From Escherichia phage Baret: a stretch of DNA of 64,000 nucleotides. The notes under the pieces were generated by a model. That model had not been told where the DNA came from and ran no database searches. It was given only the letters and a program-made list of their open reading frames with translations. Within the stretch, counting starts at the first letter, position 1. Each line of letters starts with the position of its first letter. The position numbers and the translations under genes were made by a program. Where the stretch lies: sequence record OR896834.1, one strand, 5' to 3'. Of this stretch, positions 54,770-64,000 are shown piece after piece.

Positions 54770-54785
54770 CTGTATATTTATACAG
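54770..54785. promoter_or_regulatory. SOS-box-like palindrome CTGTATATTTATACAG
   Basis: CTGT-N8-ACAG; inverted counterpart of the element at 51285-51304. Confidence 0.5.
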
Positions 54786-54795
54786 TAGGATAACA

Positions 54796-54879
54796 TGTGG
54801 ATAAGTCTGTGGATAAGTCCTTATATCGCCGCCTATCGTGTCAAATCATTTTGTGCTGTTAATAACATTGTGGATAACT
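54796..54879. promoter_or_regulatory. DnaA-box cluster (3 x TGTGGATAA)
   Basis: TGTGGATAA at ~54796-54804, ~54808-54816 and TTGTGGATAAC ~54868-54878. Confidence 0.6.
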
Positions 54880-54911
54880 TAAATGATAGTGGTTCTCACT
54901 TAGGACGATAG

Positions 54912-54963
54912 TTTCTTATAGTTATTATTTCTATCGGTTACGATTTCTTATAATTATTATTTC
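54912..54963. repeat. two direct ~20-bp repeats (TTTCTTATAGTTATTATTTCT / TTTCTTATAATTATTATTTCT)
   Basis: Copies at ~54912-54931 and ~54944-54963 in the divergent control region. Confidence 0.6.
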
Positions 54964-55160
54964 TCATTAATTTATAAGTATATTATATATCATGAAATAG
55001 TTAGTTGGCTAATGAGATTTTCCGTGATTAATAGTCTGCTAATAGTTCCGGCTGTTACAATCCACCAGCATGATTATCATCCTAGCAACTATTAGTCTGC
55101 TATCTTTCCGATGCATACTAACAAATAAAAGTCAATTAATTTATTTCATAAAATAAGTAG

Positions 55161-55236
55161 TTATCCACTGGAAAATAAAAGTCAAGTGGATAACTAGGAA
55201 AATTTCATTTTTGCTTTTGGGGATAAGTTATCAACA
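55161..55236. promoter_or_regulatory. DnaA-box-like cluster
   Basis: TTATCCACT ~55161, GTGGATAAC ~55187, GGATAAGTTATCAACA ~55221. Confidence 0.5.
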
Positions 55237-55649
55237 AGGCTAGAATGCACCTAAAACGCCCTAGAACGCGATGAAAGTTTTAGCCATGCCATTGCATTGC
55301 CTACCCTCGTTTATCGCTACCACGAGCTTTTTAGTTTTTGTCAAGTAGGGCAAGGCAAATATAAATGAAAAAATTACTTGCCAACCTGCTGGGTTTTATG
55401 GTATTCGCGCGCCCGTTTCCTTTAATTTTAGTGCGCCGCGCCCAGGTCGCCGCACGGTGTCCGGTGGCATTTTGTCTTTACGTTTCTTTACAAAAATAAG
55501 GTTGCGCCATTTTTACTATTTGCTATTATTTATCTCGTAGGGCGGCAATGACGAACTACACGGCGGGAAGTTTACCGCCGCGCTCTTTAAAAATTGGGTA
55601 CATCTTAAAGTCTATCGGCGGTAAACTTATATTATAAGGAATCGCAGAT

Positions 55650-55853
55650 ATGAAACAAACTTTATTGATCACTGGTAAACCAGCTAAAAAATTAGATGGT
55701 ACTACTAAAAAATTGTTGACAATAGCCCAGCAATCCGTAAAATACCGATTTGCTCAGTACAAGAAAGGCCGCCAGCAGGGTTTAGAAATGATCTGGCGTA
55801 ATATTATGATCGACCTGAAAGAAAATCATAAAAAACTGCAAAAAACAGTTTGA
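55650..55853 (+). CDS. pre-early hypothetical protein (67 aa)
   Basis: ORF track; SD AGGAATCG. Confidence 0.45.
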   Translation: MKQTLLITGKPAKKLDGTTKKLLTIAQQSVKYRFAQYKKGRQQGLEMIWRNIMIDLKENHKKLQKTV

Positions 55854-56083
55854 CACCCTAGCCGATAGGCTTTAAGATGTACCCAGTTCGATGAGAGCGA
55901 TAACTTGATACAATTTGACGGTTAGGTGATTCCCCATAAATCATCCTGCCCCCTAACTGGGATATAGCAGCCTGCGTGGAGTTCCTTAAATTGATTATAG
56001 CGGTGAGCGGATTGTTGCTTATTACCTGCTACTTTCTAGCAGGTAATGCGGAACAATCCCCTAAATAACTTGGAGTTTATACT

Positions 56084-56335
56084 ATGCAAAACGTTATTAC
56101 CGCGCCTAAAATTGGTCAATCCGTTTTTATTCCTTTCGTTACTAAAACGGATGAACTAACCGGAAAAGCCGAACGTATTAAAGGTGCGGCGCTTATGCCG
56201 TTTGATACAATCGACGCGGTATACGCTGAAAATGAACGTAGTAACAACGGCAAAACCGTTTTTAGCGTTCGCGTTAAATCCGGCGACGTTGTAAAGGTTG
56301 TACAGCGTAACGAAAAATGGGAAGCTGTAGCGTAA
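56084..56335 (+). CDS. pre-early hypothetical protein (83 aa)
   Basis: ORF track; SD GGAG. Confidence 0.45.
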   Translation: MQNVITAPKIGQSVFIPFVTKTDELTGKAERIKGAALMPFDTIDAVYAENERSNNGKTVFSVRVKSGDVVKVVQRNEKWEAVA

Positions 56336-56431
56336 TAGTGTTACTTTTATATCCCCCAGTAGTTCGGGGGATATAACGATTAACATTATGTTAATCTTAT
56401 CCCTTAAATTAAACTAATAGGAGTTTTTACC

Positions 56432-56839
56432 ATGACTAACGTTAAAACCGCAAAATTTGCTTGGAATGAAGAAAACACTCAAAAAGCTGTTTCTATGTAC
56501 CAGCAGTTAATTAATGAAAACGGTTTAGATTTCGCAAATAGCGACGGTTTAAAAGAGATTGCAAAAGCAGTGGGCGCGTCTTCTCCCGTGTCTGTTCGCT
56601 CAAAATTGACCAGCGCAAAAGCGTATCAGAAAAGCGATAAGCCTCGCAAAGTTGGCGGCGGTAGCTCAATCCGCAAAGCTCACTATGTACGCGTTATCGC
56701 TAAACATGCTATTGATTCCGGCATTATTAAAGACGCCGACGATCTGGCAAGTCTGGAAAGTGCAAAACTTGAAACGCTGGACGCCGTAGCGCAACTGTTA
56801 GGCGTTGCCGATGAAGTAAAACAGGCCGCAGGTGAATAA
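56432..56839 (+). CDS. pre-early hypothetical protein (135 aa)
   Basis: ORF track; SD AGGAG. Confidence 0.5.
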   Translation: MTNVKTAKFAWNEENTQKAVSMYQQLINENGLDFANSDGLKEIAKAVGASSPVSVRSKLTSAKAYQKSDKPRKVGGGSSIRKAHYVRVIAKHAIDSGIIKDADDLASLESAKLETLDAVAQLLGVADEVKQAAGE

Positions 56840-56895
56840 ATTTAATTAGTGGGGAATATTCCCCACTATAATTTCCCTTTGACTGGAGTTTTAAA

Positions 56896-57093
56896 ATGAT
56901 CTTTTACCCCACTGAATCGTTAATTCTAGGCTTATTTATTATGGCGGCCTCGTTATTATTCGCTTATTTTCAAAATGATTTAGACTCATATTATTTTAAA
57001 CGTAAGTCTAAATTGGCAAAGCGTTTAGGTCTGATTTGTTTTATTGCCGCCATTGCTTGTGGTGTTAGTTCTAGCCTTATGCCTTTAAATTAA
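56896..57093 (+). CDS. pre-early small membrane protein (65 aa)
   Basis: ORF track; two hydrophobic helices. Confidence 0.4.
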   Translation: MIFYPTESLILGLFIMAASLLFAYFQNDLDSYYFKRKSKLAKRLGLICFIAAIACGVSSSLMPLN

Positions 57094-57190
57094 TGTTGCA
57101 AATTATAACGCCTATTATTCAAGGCGTTATATTTGGCAATATTTGCCAATAACAAACGTTTTTTAATCCCTTTAATGGAGTTTTATTAAT

Positions 57191-58855
57191 ATGATTATTT
57201 CCGCAGAAAAACAAACCGTTATCCTGAAAATGGCCGCTGACTTTAATTTCTATGGTAAACGTCTGCGCGCTACTAAACTGGAGGTCTGCGACGATATATC
57301 AAAAGCGGTCTACGATACAACAAAACACTCGACCGCTATCTGCGACTGGTTGGAAGCAAATAAACCAGCTAAACCGAAAGCGGCGAAAGTAGCAAAAGCC
57401 ATTAAAAACGATGAGCGTCCAGAAGCGGCGGGGATTGTTTCTAGCACGGTTGAGCAATGGGAAGTAAAGCAGGGTAAACGCTTTATTATTACGTCGATTC
57501 AGAATAATACTTTCCCGCATAAAAACTTTTTAGCCTCATTGGAGCAATTTGCTAAATATATCGGCGCTGATTTGCTGGTTAGCAAGTTTATTTATAACAA
57601 AAACGGTTTTCAAAATGGCGAGGGTGCAGAAGGAATAAAATATGATTCCGCATTTGACAAATATATCTGCAATAAAAACGTGTTTTTAAATAACCGCCGT
57701 TTTGCTTTCATGGCTGAAATTAACGTTTTGCCAACCGCAGATTATCCGCTTTCTGGATTCGCTGAAACTGCAACGGCGCTTAATCTGGAAGGTCTGGCAA
57801 TTGGTCACGCTAAAATTACCGCTGAAAGCGTGCCAGCTTTAAAAGGTGAAGTAGTGCGCCGTATGTACTCAACCGGAACGGCAACGCTCAAAAACTACAT
57901 TCAGCAGAAAGCAGGACAAAAGGCCGAGGCGCTGCATAACTTCGGTGCGCTAATTGTCGAGTTCGACGAGGACGGGGAATTTTTTGTACGCCAGCTCGAA
58001 ACGATGGACGAAAGCGGGGTATTTTATGATCTGAATGTGTGCGCTACTCCTGCCGGATGCTATGAGACATCGGGGCATGTTTTAGGCTTGCAATACGGCG
58101 ATATTCACGCAGAAAAATTAGATGATGATTGTGCCGTTGCGTCATGGGCTGGCGAAAATAGCTTGCTTGATATTCTTAAACCAAAATATCAATTCGTACA
58201 CGACGTGCATGATTTTACATCACGCAACCATCACAACCGCGCATCCGGTGTATTCCTAGCAAAACAATACGCCGCCGGACGTGATAAGGTATTAGATGAT
58301 CTTATCGATACGGGGCGCGTGCTGGAATCAATGGAACGTGATTTCTCGCAAACAATCATTGTTGAATCTAATCACGATTTGGCGCTATCCCGTTGGCTTG
58401 ATGATCGTAATGCTAACATTAAAGACGATCCAGCAAACGCGGAACTATATCACCGCCTAAATGCCGCGATTTATGGAGCTATTGCAGAAAAAGACGATAC
58501 TTTCAACGTGCTAGATTATGCGCTGCGCAAGGTTGCAGGTTGTGAGTTTAACGCCATTTTTCTAACTACTGACCAATCTTTCAAGATTGCAGGCATTGAA
58601 TGCGGCGTACACGGTCACAACGGCATTAACGGCAGCCGTGGCAATCCTAAACAATTTAAGAAATTGGGCAAATTAAACACCGGACACACTCACACCGCCA
58701 GCATTTATGGCGGCGTGTATACCGCTGGCGTAGCTGGTAGTCTGGACATGGGTTACAACGTTGGCGCGTCAAGCTGGACACAAACGCATTTAATTACCTA
58801 TGCAAACGGTCAGCGCACTTTGATTGACTTTAAAAACGGTAAATTCTTTGCGTAA
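57191..58855 (+). CDS. A1: A1-like pre-early protein (metallophosphatase-fold nuclease)
   Basis: 554 aa; GDIHAE, GHNG, GHTH calcineurin-like motifs; size and position relative to dmp as for T5 A1. Confidence 0.7.
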   Translation: MIISAEKQTVILKMAADFNFYGKRLRATKLEVCDDISKAVYDTTKHSTAICDWLEANKPAKPKAAKVAKAIKNDERPEAAGIVSSTVEQWEVKQGKRFIITSIQNNTFPHKNFLASLEQFAKYIGADLLVSKFIYNKNGFQNGEGAEGIKYDSAFDKYICNKNVFLNNRRFAFMAEINVLPTADYPLSGFAETATALNLEGLAIGHAKITAESVPALKGEVVRRMYSTGTATLKNYIQQKAGQKAEALHNFGALIVEFDEDGEFFVRQLETMDESGVFYDLNVCATPAGCYETSGHVLGLQYGDIHAEKLDDDCAVASWAGENSLLDILKPKYQFVHDVHDFTSRNHHNRASGVFLAKQYAAGRDKVLDDLIDTGRVLESMERDFSQTIIVESNHDLALSRWLDDRNANIKDDPANAELYHRLNAAIYGAIAEKDDTFNVLDYALRKVAGCEFNAIFLTTDQSFKIAGIECGVHGHNGINGSRGNPKQFKKLGKLNTGHTHTASIYGGVYTAGVAGSLDMGYNVGASSWTQTHLITYANGQRTLIDFKNGKFFA

Positions 58856-58911
58856 ATAATTAATCCCCTAGCGGCTTGAAATATAGCCGCTATTACAGGA
58901 GCTAAATTAGA

Positions 58912-59169
58912 ATGAAAGTTACATTACCCAAAACGCTAGACGAAAAAGCATTTATTTCACCGGATGAAATGGAATCCGATAAAGTTTACAGCTTCGGGCC
59001 TATTCTAGCCGCCAAAACTAATACTGATGGGATTATTACGGTCGATTATCGTGATAATGATATTGTACCCTTTGACGATGATGGTGCTTTTTATGAGTGG
59101 CTAAGCGATAATAATTTACCCGTAAACGGTGAATTAACGCCGTACCAGATGCAGATTATTATCAAATAA
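58912..59169 (+). CDS. pre-early hypothetical protein (85 aa)
   Basis: ORF track. Confidence 0.45.
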   Translation: MKVTLPKTLDEKAFISPDEMESDKVYSFGPILAAKTNTDGIITVDYRDNDIVPFDDDGAFYEWLSDNNLPVNGELTPYQMQIIIK

Positions 59170-59207
59170 ATTAAATCCATTATTAAACTAATTGGAGTTT
59201 TATAAAC

Positions 59208-59600
59208 ATGAAAAAGCAAAATATTCCATTTGACCGCGCTCAATCCTCAATTGTTCTGGTTTATTCTAATGGTGAGCGTTACCACGTCGAGGCGGGGCAC
59301 GTTATTGATGAATTGCTAGATTTCAATGACGCTTTGCAGGTTACAACATTTGCATATATGCAAGGCAAACTAACTAGCCATATTAAAGCAAAAGGCGTTT
59401 ATGTTGACACGGTGAAACAAGAAACGATTATCATCGACGCAGTAAAATCCGGTCTAGCCTTTGCAGTTGTCGCGCCTTGCCCCGCTTGCCTTGATGATCA
59501 ATTGATTTCTGCAAAAGTATATACTTGTGCGGGGATTCGTTCCCATGTATCAGGTGAGGATGTTAGTTTTATCGCCGATGCGTTGGCTTATGGTCTTTAA
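59208..59600 (+). CDS. A2-like pre-early protein (130 aa)
   Basis: About 14 kDa and located between A1 and dmp; assignment by position and size only. Confidence 0.4.
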   Translation: MKKQNIPFDRAQSSIVLVYSNGERYHVEAGHVIDELLDFNDALQVTTFAYMQGKLTSHIKAKGVYVDTVKQETIIIDAVKSGLAFAVVAPCPACLDDQLISAKVYTCAGIRSHVSGEDVSFIADALAYGL

Positions 59601-59679
59601 TAGTTAATTTATTATTACCCGCTTATAAATAGCGGGTAATGCTGAATTAATCTAATCCCTTAAATGGAGAACGTAACAA

Positions 59680-60414
59680 ATGAATAAAGCTATCATGAAT
59701 CTTTCCCGCAGCTTCCCGCATATTTCCCGCGTCATGATTTGGGATTTAGACGGCACTATCATTAATTCTTTCCATCGTGTAGCACCCTGCTTTGATAGCG
59801 AGGGCAATTTAGATTTAAATAAGTATAAAAATGAAGCGTGTAAACACCATTTAATAATGCAAGATACTTTATTGCCATTGGTTGAATATATGCGCCAGTG
59901 CATGAATGACGCAAATACTTTAAACATTATTTGCACCGCTCGACTGATGAGTAAGTCGGACTATTATTTCTTGCGTAAACAAGGGTTGCGCGGTCGTGGT
60001 AATAGTAATATCCGCGTATTTTCCCGCGATACACTACACAAATATTTTAAAGCTGATAAGGTTAGCGAAATATACCACAGCAAAGACGCAGTATATAAAT
60101 CTTATTATTTTGAATTATTTAAACAGTTATATCCTAACGCTGATTTTACAATGATTGATGATCATAAAGGCGTGCTATCAGCGGCAGCGTCATACGGATT
60201 TAAAACGCTGGACGCACAAGCCGTTAATGATATTCTATCAATCGGCGTGGCATTGATAGGTGAAACCTTTATTGATGAATCTCTCGACGATGATAATGAT
60301 TATCAATTCCTAGCTGACCGTTTAAAATTATGCTGGGAAGGTATGACCGAGGAAGAACGCGCAGAATATAGTTGCAGTCCTCAACAATATATTGAGAAAT
60401 TAAAAGTTGCCTAA
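59680..60414 (+). CDS. dmp: 5'-deoxyribonucleotidase (HAD family)
   Basis: 244 aa; N-terminal MIWDLDGTI HAD motif I. Confidence 0.8.
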   Translation: MNKAIMNLSRSFPHISRVMIWDLDGTIINSFHRVAPCFDSEGNLDLNKYKNEACKHHLIMQDTLLPLVEYMRQCMNDANTLNIICTARLMSKSDYYFLRKQGLRGRGNSNIRVFSRDTLHKYFKADKVSEIYHSKDAVYKSYYFELFKQLYPNADFTMIDDHKGVLSAAASYGFKTLDAQAVNDILSIGVALIGETFIDESLDDDNDYQFLADRLKLCWEGMTEEERAEYSCSPQQYIEKLKVA

Positions 60415-60566
60415 CAATTAAAGTTGAAATAGTCACGGTGTGTAATGATACCATGCCGTGACTATTAGCCTGCTAAGTACCGGGCGGTAATGAGACTCAT
60501 TCTCATCTGGGGGGCCACTGGACACACCCACGCGTACGTAATCCAAAGAAATTGGCAAAAGTCAAA

Positions 60567-60812
60567 TTAGCGCATAGAAGGGTCATCAAACCTGTATTCT
60601 GGTCTGAACTCACGGAATCTCTTCCGCGACGCCCGAGATCCATCCGACCACTCCCGCTCAAACTCCGCACGTTTCTCGTCAAACTTCCGCTCCCTTTCCG
60701 CAATCTCCCTCGTCACTCCCGCAATATATTTACGATGCTTATTGATTGCCGCAGTCGTCCCGAAAACTCCCGCGAGTATCCCGATAATAAAAGCAATTAC
60801 AATACTAAACAT
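60567..60812 (-). CDS. hypothetical membrane protein (81 aa)
   Basis: ORF track; N-terminal TM helix then charged tail. Confidence 0.4.
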   Translation of the reverse strand: MFSIVIAFIIGILAGVFGTTAAINKHRKYIAGVTREIAERERKFDEKRAEFEREWSDGSRASRKRFREFRPEYRFDDPSMR

Positions 60813-60999
60813 CTAATTCCCTCTCAATTTGCAGAATACGGGTACTATCACAGCGTTGAAGCTCTACTAATTTTTCTAGTGCAAATTGTTGCTGCTTTAC
60901 CTGGGCCTCTAGAGTTTTTAGGCGAACATACGCGGTATAAGAAACAATGAAAATTGCCCAGATTAATATTACTATTAATGTAGCTGCCACTTCCATCAT
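60805..60999 (-). CDS. hypothetical membrane protein (64 aa)
   Basis: ORF track; N-terminal TM helix. Confidence 0.4.
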   Translation of the reverse strand: MMEVAATLIVILIWAIFIVSYTAYVRLKTLEAQVKQQQFALEKLVELQRCDSTRILQIERELDV

Positions 61000-61398
61000 T
61001 TACGTTTCTCCAGCAATAAAGTTTCAATTCTAGCTAAGTGATTATCTAAAATACATTGCCCAATAATCACAATCCCTAATAGTGCAATAATTACCCATTC
61101 CATTAAATCCACCCCGCCATAGCTGCTAACCAAAAACCTACGAAAATAAAGAATAGGAGAGTTCCGAACCCAAAACTATTTATCCAACTCTCATACACCT
61201 CTCCGCGTCTATTATTTCTTTTGTTTGACATATCTTTCGTGCTCCCATAAATGTGATATTTTAAAATATATGCATAACCAACCGTGCTTGTGGACTCCTA
61301 GAAGGACTTCTACTTTTCTTACATAGTGGTTTCTGCCAATATACCATCCAAGAAATAAAAAATTTAGTTTACTTGGATGTCTTTTTGTTTTATACTAA

Positions 61399-61665
61399 TT
61401 ACAGGTAATTAGATTGCTCTAGTTTAAATTTACAATCACCATATTTAAGGTCAAACTGACTGAGATCCCACCACCCAAATTTAGTACGGAGCTGTACTAC
61501 TGGAAAGCGATCTCCCTTAATACGAACTTTTTGAACCTTGAGACCGTAATGTTCTTCTCCCGCACCACCAAAAGATTTTACAAATCCCGTACAAAATGGT
61601 TTGGGAGCAGGTGCACAACCAGATAACATAATTGTGGCAACTAGTGCAATTACAAACTTTTTCAT
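61399..61665 (-). CDS. llp: Llp-like receptor-blocking lipoprotein
   Basis: 88 aa; signal peptide with lipobox LSGC; divergent from receptor-binding protein gene; early-type promoter upstream. Confidence 0.65.
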   Translation of the reverse strand: MKKFVIALVATIMLSGCAPAPKPFCTGFVKSFGGAGEEHYGLKVQKVRIKGDRFPVVQLRTKFGWWDLSQFDLKYGDCKFKLEQSNYL

Positions 61666-61696
61666 ATTTATCTCTCCATTTCTAATTTATGAATTT

Positions 61697-61725
61697 ATTA
61701 TAGCAAAATAGAGGGATGAAAGCAA
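61697..61725 (-). promoter_or_regulatory. early-type promoter for llp (TTGCTT-17-TATAAT on minus strand)
   Basis: minus-strand -35 at 61720-61725, -10 at 61697-61702, followed by CATAAATT box. Confidence 0.6.
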
Positions 61726-61750
61726 ATACATTTTTATAATAGGAGATTAT

Positions 61751-63508
61751 ATGGGTTTTTTCGCTGGAAAGTATAGCGATGGTAAGACCGTACTATCTTT
61801 AAATACTGAATCTGGGGGTGACATTAATCGTCACTATAGCCCAAATAATAATAGTATTTTTCATAGTGATATGCCATTTGTCCTAGTTGATGGTACTTAT
61901 GAGGCAGGATTAGGTGATGCCGGGAATGGGTTTTTCGTATGTCAGATGCCTCCTGATATAGTAAATATTAAATCTAATGATCCTGGTAGAGTTATACTAA
62001 CTGCTATTGAGATTAATGGTACTCACAGAGCTTTTCTTAATGGTACTCAGAGTAAAGTTGGTCAAACTATAGTTGCCACTCAAGCAGACCCCTTTAGATC
62101 TTTTGCTAGTGTTTCTCAAACCAGTGGATTTGCATTTGGTAATAGTCTAGCATCTGGAACTTATAATTATAACCCATCGATAGGGCACGAAGAATCTATC
62201 TCTAGGAGTGGTACAGGCGGTACTACGTTACATAGTACCTACCATGGGATAGTTAGGCCTGGTGCGGGAGCTCCTGTAGGTGTTACTGTTGCAGAAGCTT
62301 TTGCACAATTAGGGTTCCCTACTAACAGTAGCACAGTACCTGTAGATGGCAATAACCCGTACTATTGGGATCCTGGATGGATGTCACCCCTAGGAGCAGC
62401 GCATAGAGGGCATGATTGGTTTTATGTCTGCAATTCTAATATACGTGGGTACGGTGGGGTTAGACAAGGGCTCCCAGGTAATGTAAATACTATGTACCAC
62501 GATGGTGGGGATAGATTTGTTTGTAGGGGATCTACTACTAATTTAGCTAACCAGTCTGGTAATTCTACAATACTACAGGATGGATATAATATAACTCCTA
62601 CTAAGGTTATTTGGTATGTTCTTAACTTAAGGTACTCGAATGGCGGTATGAGTATTTCCGGCAACCCCTTTACGGGTTCTGATATTCTTATATCTCCTTC
62701 TAATTTTATAATTAAAGGGGTAAGTCTCCCTAATACCGGGTATAAATTTATAAATCAGAATGCTTTTGGTAACCTAGGTTACCGTCCTGATATGGAGTAT
62801 ATAGGGAATAACGCAGCGTATACTGGAGTTTTTGGGGATACCACTGCAAGGTGTGAACTTGTAGGATCTAGTAATGGGGGTTTGTGGTCTCCTGTAGATT
62901 ATGGAGGGGCTAAATCTCAAATTAGTATTTATAAATTTGGGGCAGGTAAACAATGGTATGTAAACTCAAATAATAATACTATTGGTAATGAACATGGGGT
63001 TGTTTGGGGACCCTCAGCAGTTCCACTGCGACTTTTTGGTGGAAATGTAGGTAGTTCTTATATGGGAGATGATATTACTCCCAGCTACCCAGGAACTGGG
63101 GATAGATACGTTGGTTTATCCACTATTGGGCTAGGTATACCGGGTGGCAATGCTACAGTAATTCTTACCACTGAAGTTATATCAGGTAACCTTAACTGTG
63201 CAGGTGTTCCTGCTAATACATGGAATAACGGTGTGTTTCAAGTGCAAGGAAGAAGAGCATATAGCTATAGTAATGGAGATGCAATATTCCACCAGATTTT
63301 AACATTACCAGTAGGGTATTTAGTACCTTTTCATACTACATCTGCTTTTAGGTACACACCTAACAATGCCCTAAGTAGAAATAGTTTTATATATACTGCT
63401 AAAAATCTGGGGAATGGAAATGTAGAGTTAGGGGTAGTTATGCACGTAAGTTTAGGTAGTGCAGTTTTCCTACCGAGATTAAGAGTAACAGTTCAACGCC
63501 TTACCTAA
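61751..63508 (+). CDS. receptor-binding tail protein (pb5/Oad-like)
   Basis: 585 aa; N-terminal M-G-FFAGK and C-terminal ...VQRLT resemble what I recall of T5 pb5; Gly/Asn/Thr-rich; adjacent divergent llp. Confidence 0.6.
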   Translation: MGFFAGKYSDGKTVLSLNTESGGDINRHYSPNNNSIFHSDMPFVLVDGTYEAGLGDAGNGFFVCQMPPDIVNIKSNDPGRVILTAIEINGTHRAFLNGTQSKVGQTIVATQADPFRSFASVSQTSGFAFGNSLASGTYNYNPSIGHEESISRSGTGGTTLHSTYHGIVRPGAGAPVGVTVAEAFAQLGFPTNSSTVPVDGNNPYYWDPGWMSPLGAAHRGHDWFYVCNSNIRGYGGVRQGLPGNVNTMYHDGGDRFVCRGSTTNLANQSGNSTILQDGYNITPTKVIWYVLNLRYSNGGMSISGNPFTGSDILISPSNFIIKGVSLPNTGYKFINQNAFGNLGYRPDMEYIGNNAAYTGVFGDTTARCELVGSSNGGLWSPVDYGGAKSQISIYKFGAGKQWYVNSNNNTIGNEHGVVWGPSAVPLRLFGGNVGSSYMGDDITPSYPGTGDRYVGLSTIGLGIPGGNATVILTTEVISGNLNCAGVPANTWNNGVFQVQGRRAYSYSNGDAIFHQILTLPVGYLVPFHTTSAFRYTPNNALSRNSFIYTAKNLGNGNVELGVVMHVSLGSAVFLPRLRVTVQRLT

Positions 63509-63518
63509 AGGAGGAAAT

Positions 63519-64000
63519 ATGGCAAATGATGTATTAGTACCAGATCTTATGTCCCCTGAAGGGATGGATGTAATTGAAGCATATTTACAGTGTGGCAGCG
63601 ATGTGCCTTCTGCCGCACGTAGTCTTGGGATGTCCGAAATTGCTTTTCGAGATATTATGAATCGTAGTGAAGTTAAGAACTACTTAAATGATATTTTTAT
63701 GGAGAGTGGTTTCCGTAACAGAGATCGTTTATTTGGTGTTCTGGATGAAGTTATCAAGTGTAAACTAGAGGAACTAGAAGAAACTGGCATGGGTTCTGAC
63801 CAAGATATTATGGATATTCTCTGGAAAGCACATAAAATGAAAATGGAAGAAATGAAAATGATGGTAGAACTGGAGAAAGTGAAGGCAGCAGCCCGTACTC
63901 CAGCTAACCAGACCAACATCCAGAATAATATTATTGCTGGAGCTGGGGATCAAAACTACATGGACTTAATTACTTCCCTAGCTACTGGAGGTAAGAAGTA
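63519..64000 (+). CDS. terminase small subunit-like protein, partial (runs past window end)
   Basis: Open from ATG 63519 to window end; helix-turn-helix-like [17 protein letters not shown]; not in ORF track because no stop in window. Confidence 0.5.
   Translation, partial: MANDVLVPDLMSPEGMDVIEAYLQCGSDVPSAARSLGMSEIAFRDIMNRSEVKNYLNDIFMESGFRNRDRLFGVLDEVIKCKLEELEETGMGSDQDIMDILWKAHKMKMEEMKMMVELEKVKAAARTPANQTNIQNNIIAGAGDQNYMDLITSLATGGKK

Noticed and set aside
57299-57520. Minus-strand ORF inside A1, and ORFs 60269-60454, 60503-60703 and 60552-60950 around dmp
   Set aside because: Antisense or overlapping frames relative to better-supported genes, without ribosome-binding sites.
63680-63919. Minus-strand ORF 63680-63919
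   Set aside because: Antisense to the open terminase-small-subunit-like frame that continues to the window end.

Overview
This window reads as a T5-like siphophage (Demerecviridae/Tequintavirus-type) genome segment, apparently from a circularly permuted assembly in which one terminal-repeat copy sits between the early and late regions. All calls are from reading the sequence and the ORF track by hand; no database search or tRNA/RNA folding program was run, and tRNA coordinates are hand-folded (expect +/-1-2 nt). Layout: (1) 1-8572, minus-strand replication/nucleotide genes (truncated primase/helicase-like ORF, Sir2-like, HAD-like, anaerobic RNR NrdD); (2) 8.9-49.8 kb, plus-strand early genes behind ~24 copies of a conserved early promoter (TTGCTW-17-TATAAT-CATAAATT), including phoH, nrdA, nrdB, DHFR, thymidylate synthase, RNase H, a GrcA-like glycyl-radical protein, dNMP kinase, holin/endolysin/spanin-like genes, two metallophosphatases, and a 21-32 kb cluster of ~25 tRNA genes interleaved with small ORFs, T5orf172/GIY-YIG-like genes and structured non-coding stretches; (3) 49.8-51.5 kb, a repeat-dense non-coding tract (probable injection-stop-signal region); (4) 51.5-61.3 kb, a GC-richer pre-early (first-step-transfer) region with a minus-strand block of unknown genes, DnaA-box clusters, A1 nuclease, an A2-like protein and dmp; (5) 61.4-64.0 kb, an llp-like lipoprotein divergent from a pb5-like receptor-binding protein, then a partial terminase small subunit. 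The most unusual signals are the inverted DnaA-box/SOS-box-like modules bracketing the minus-strand pre-early block, the 14-mer repeat array, the promoter-driven non-coding stretches in the tRNA region, and the phage-borne GrcA and Sir2 homologues.
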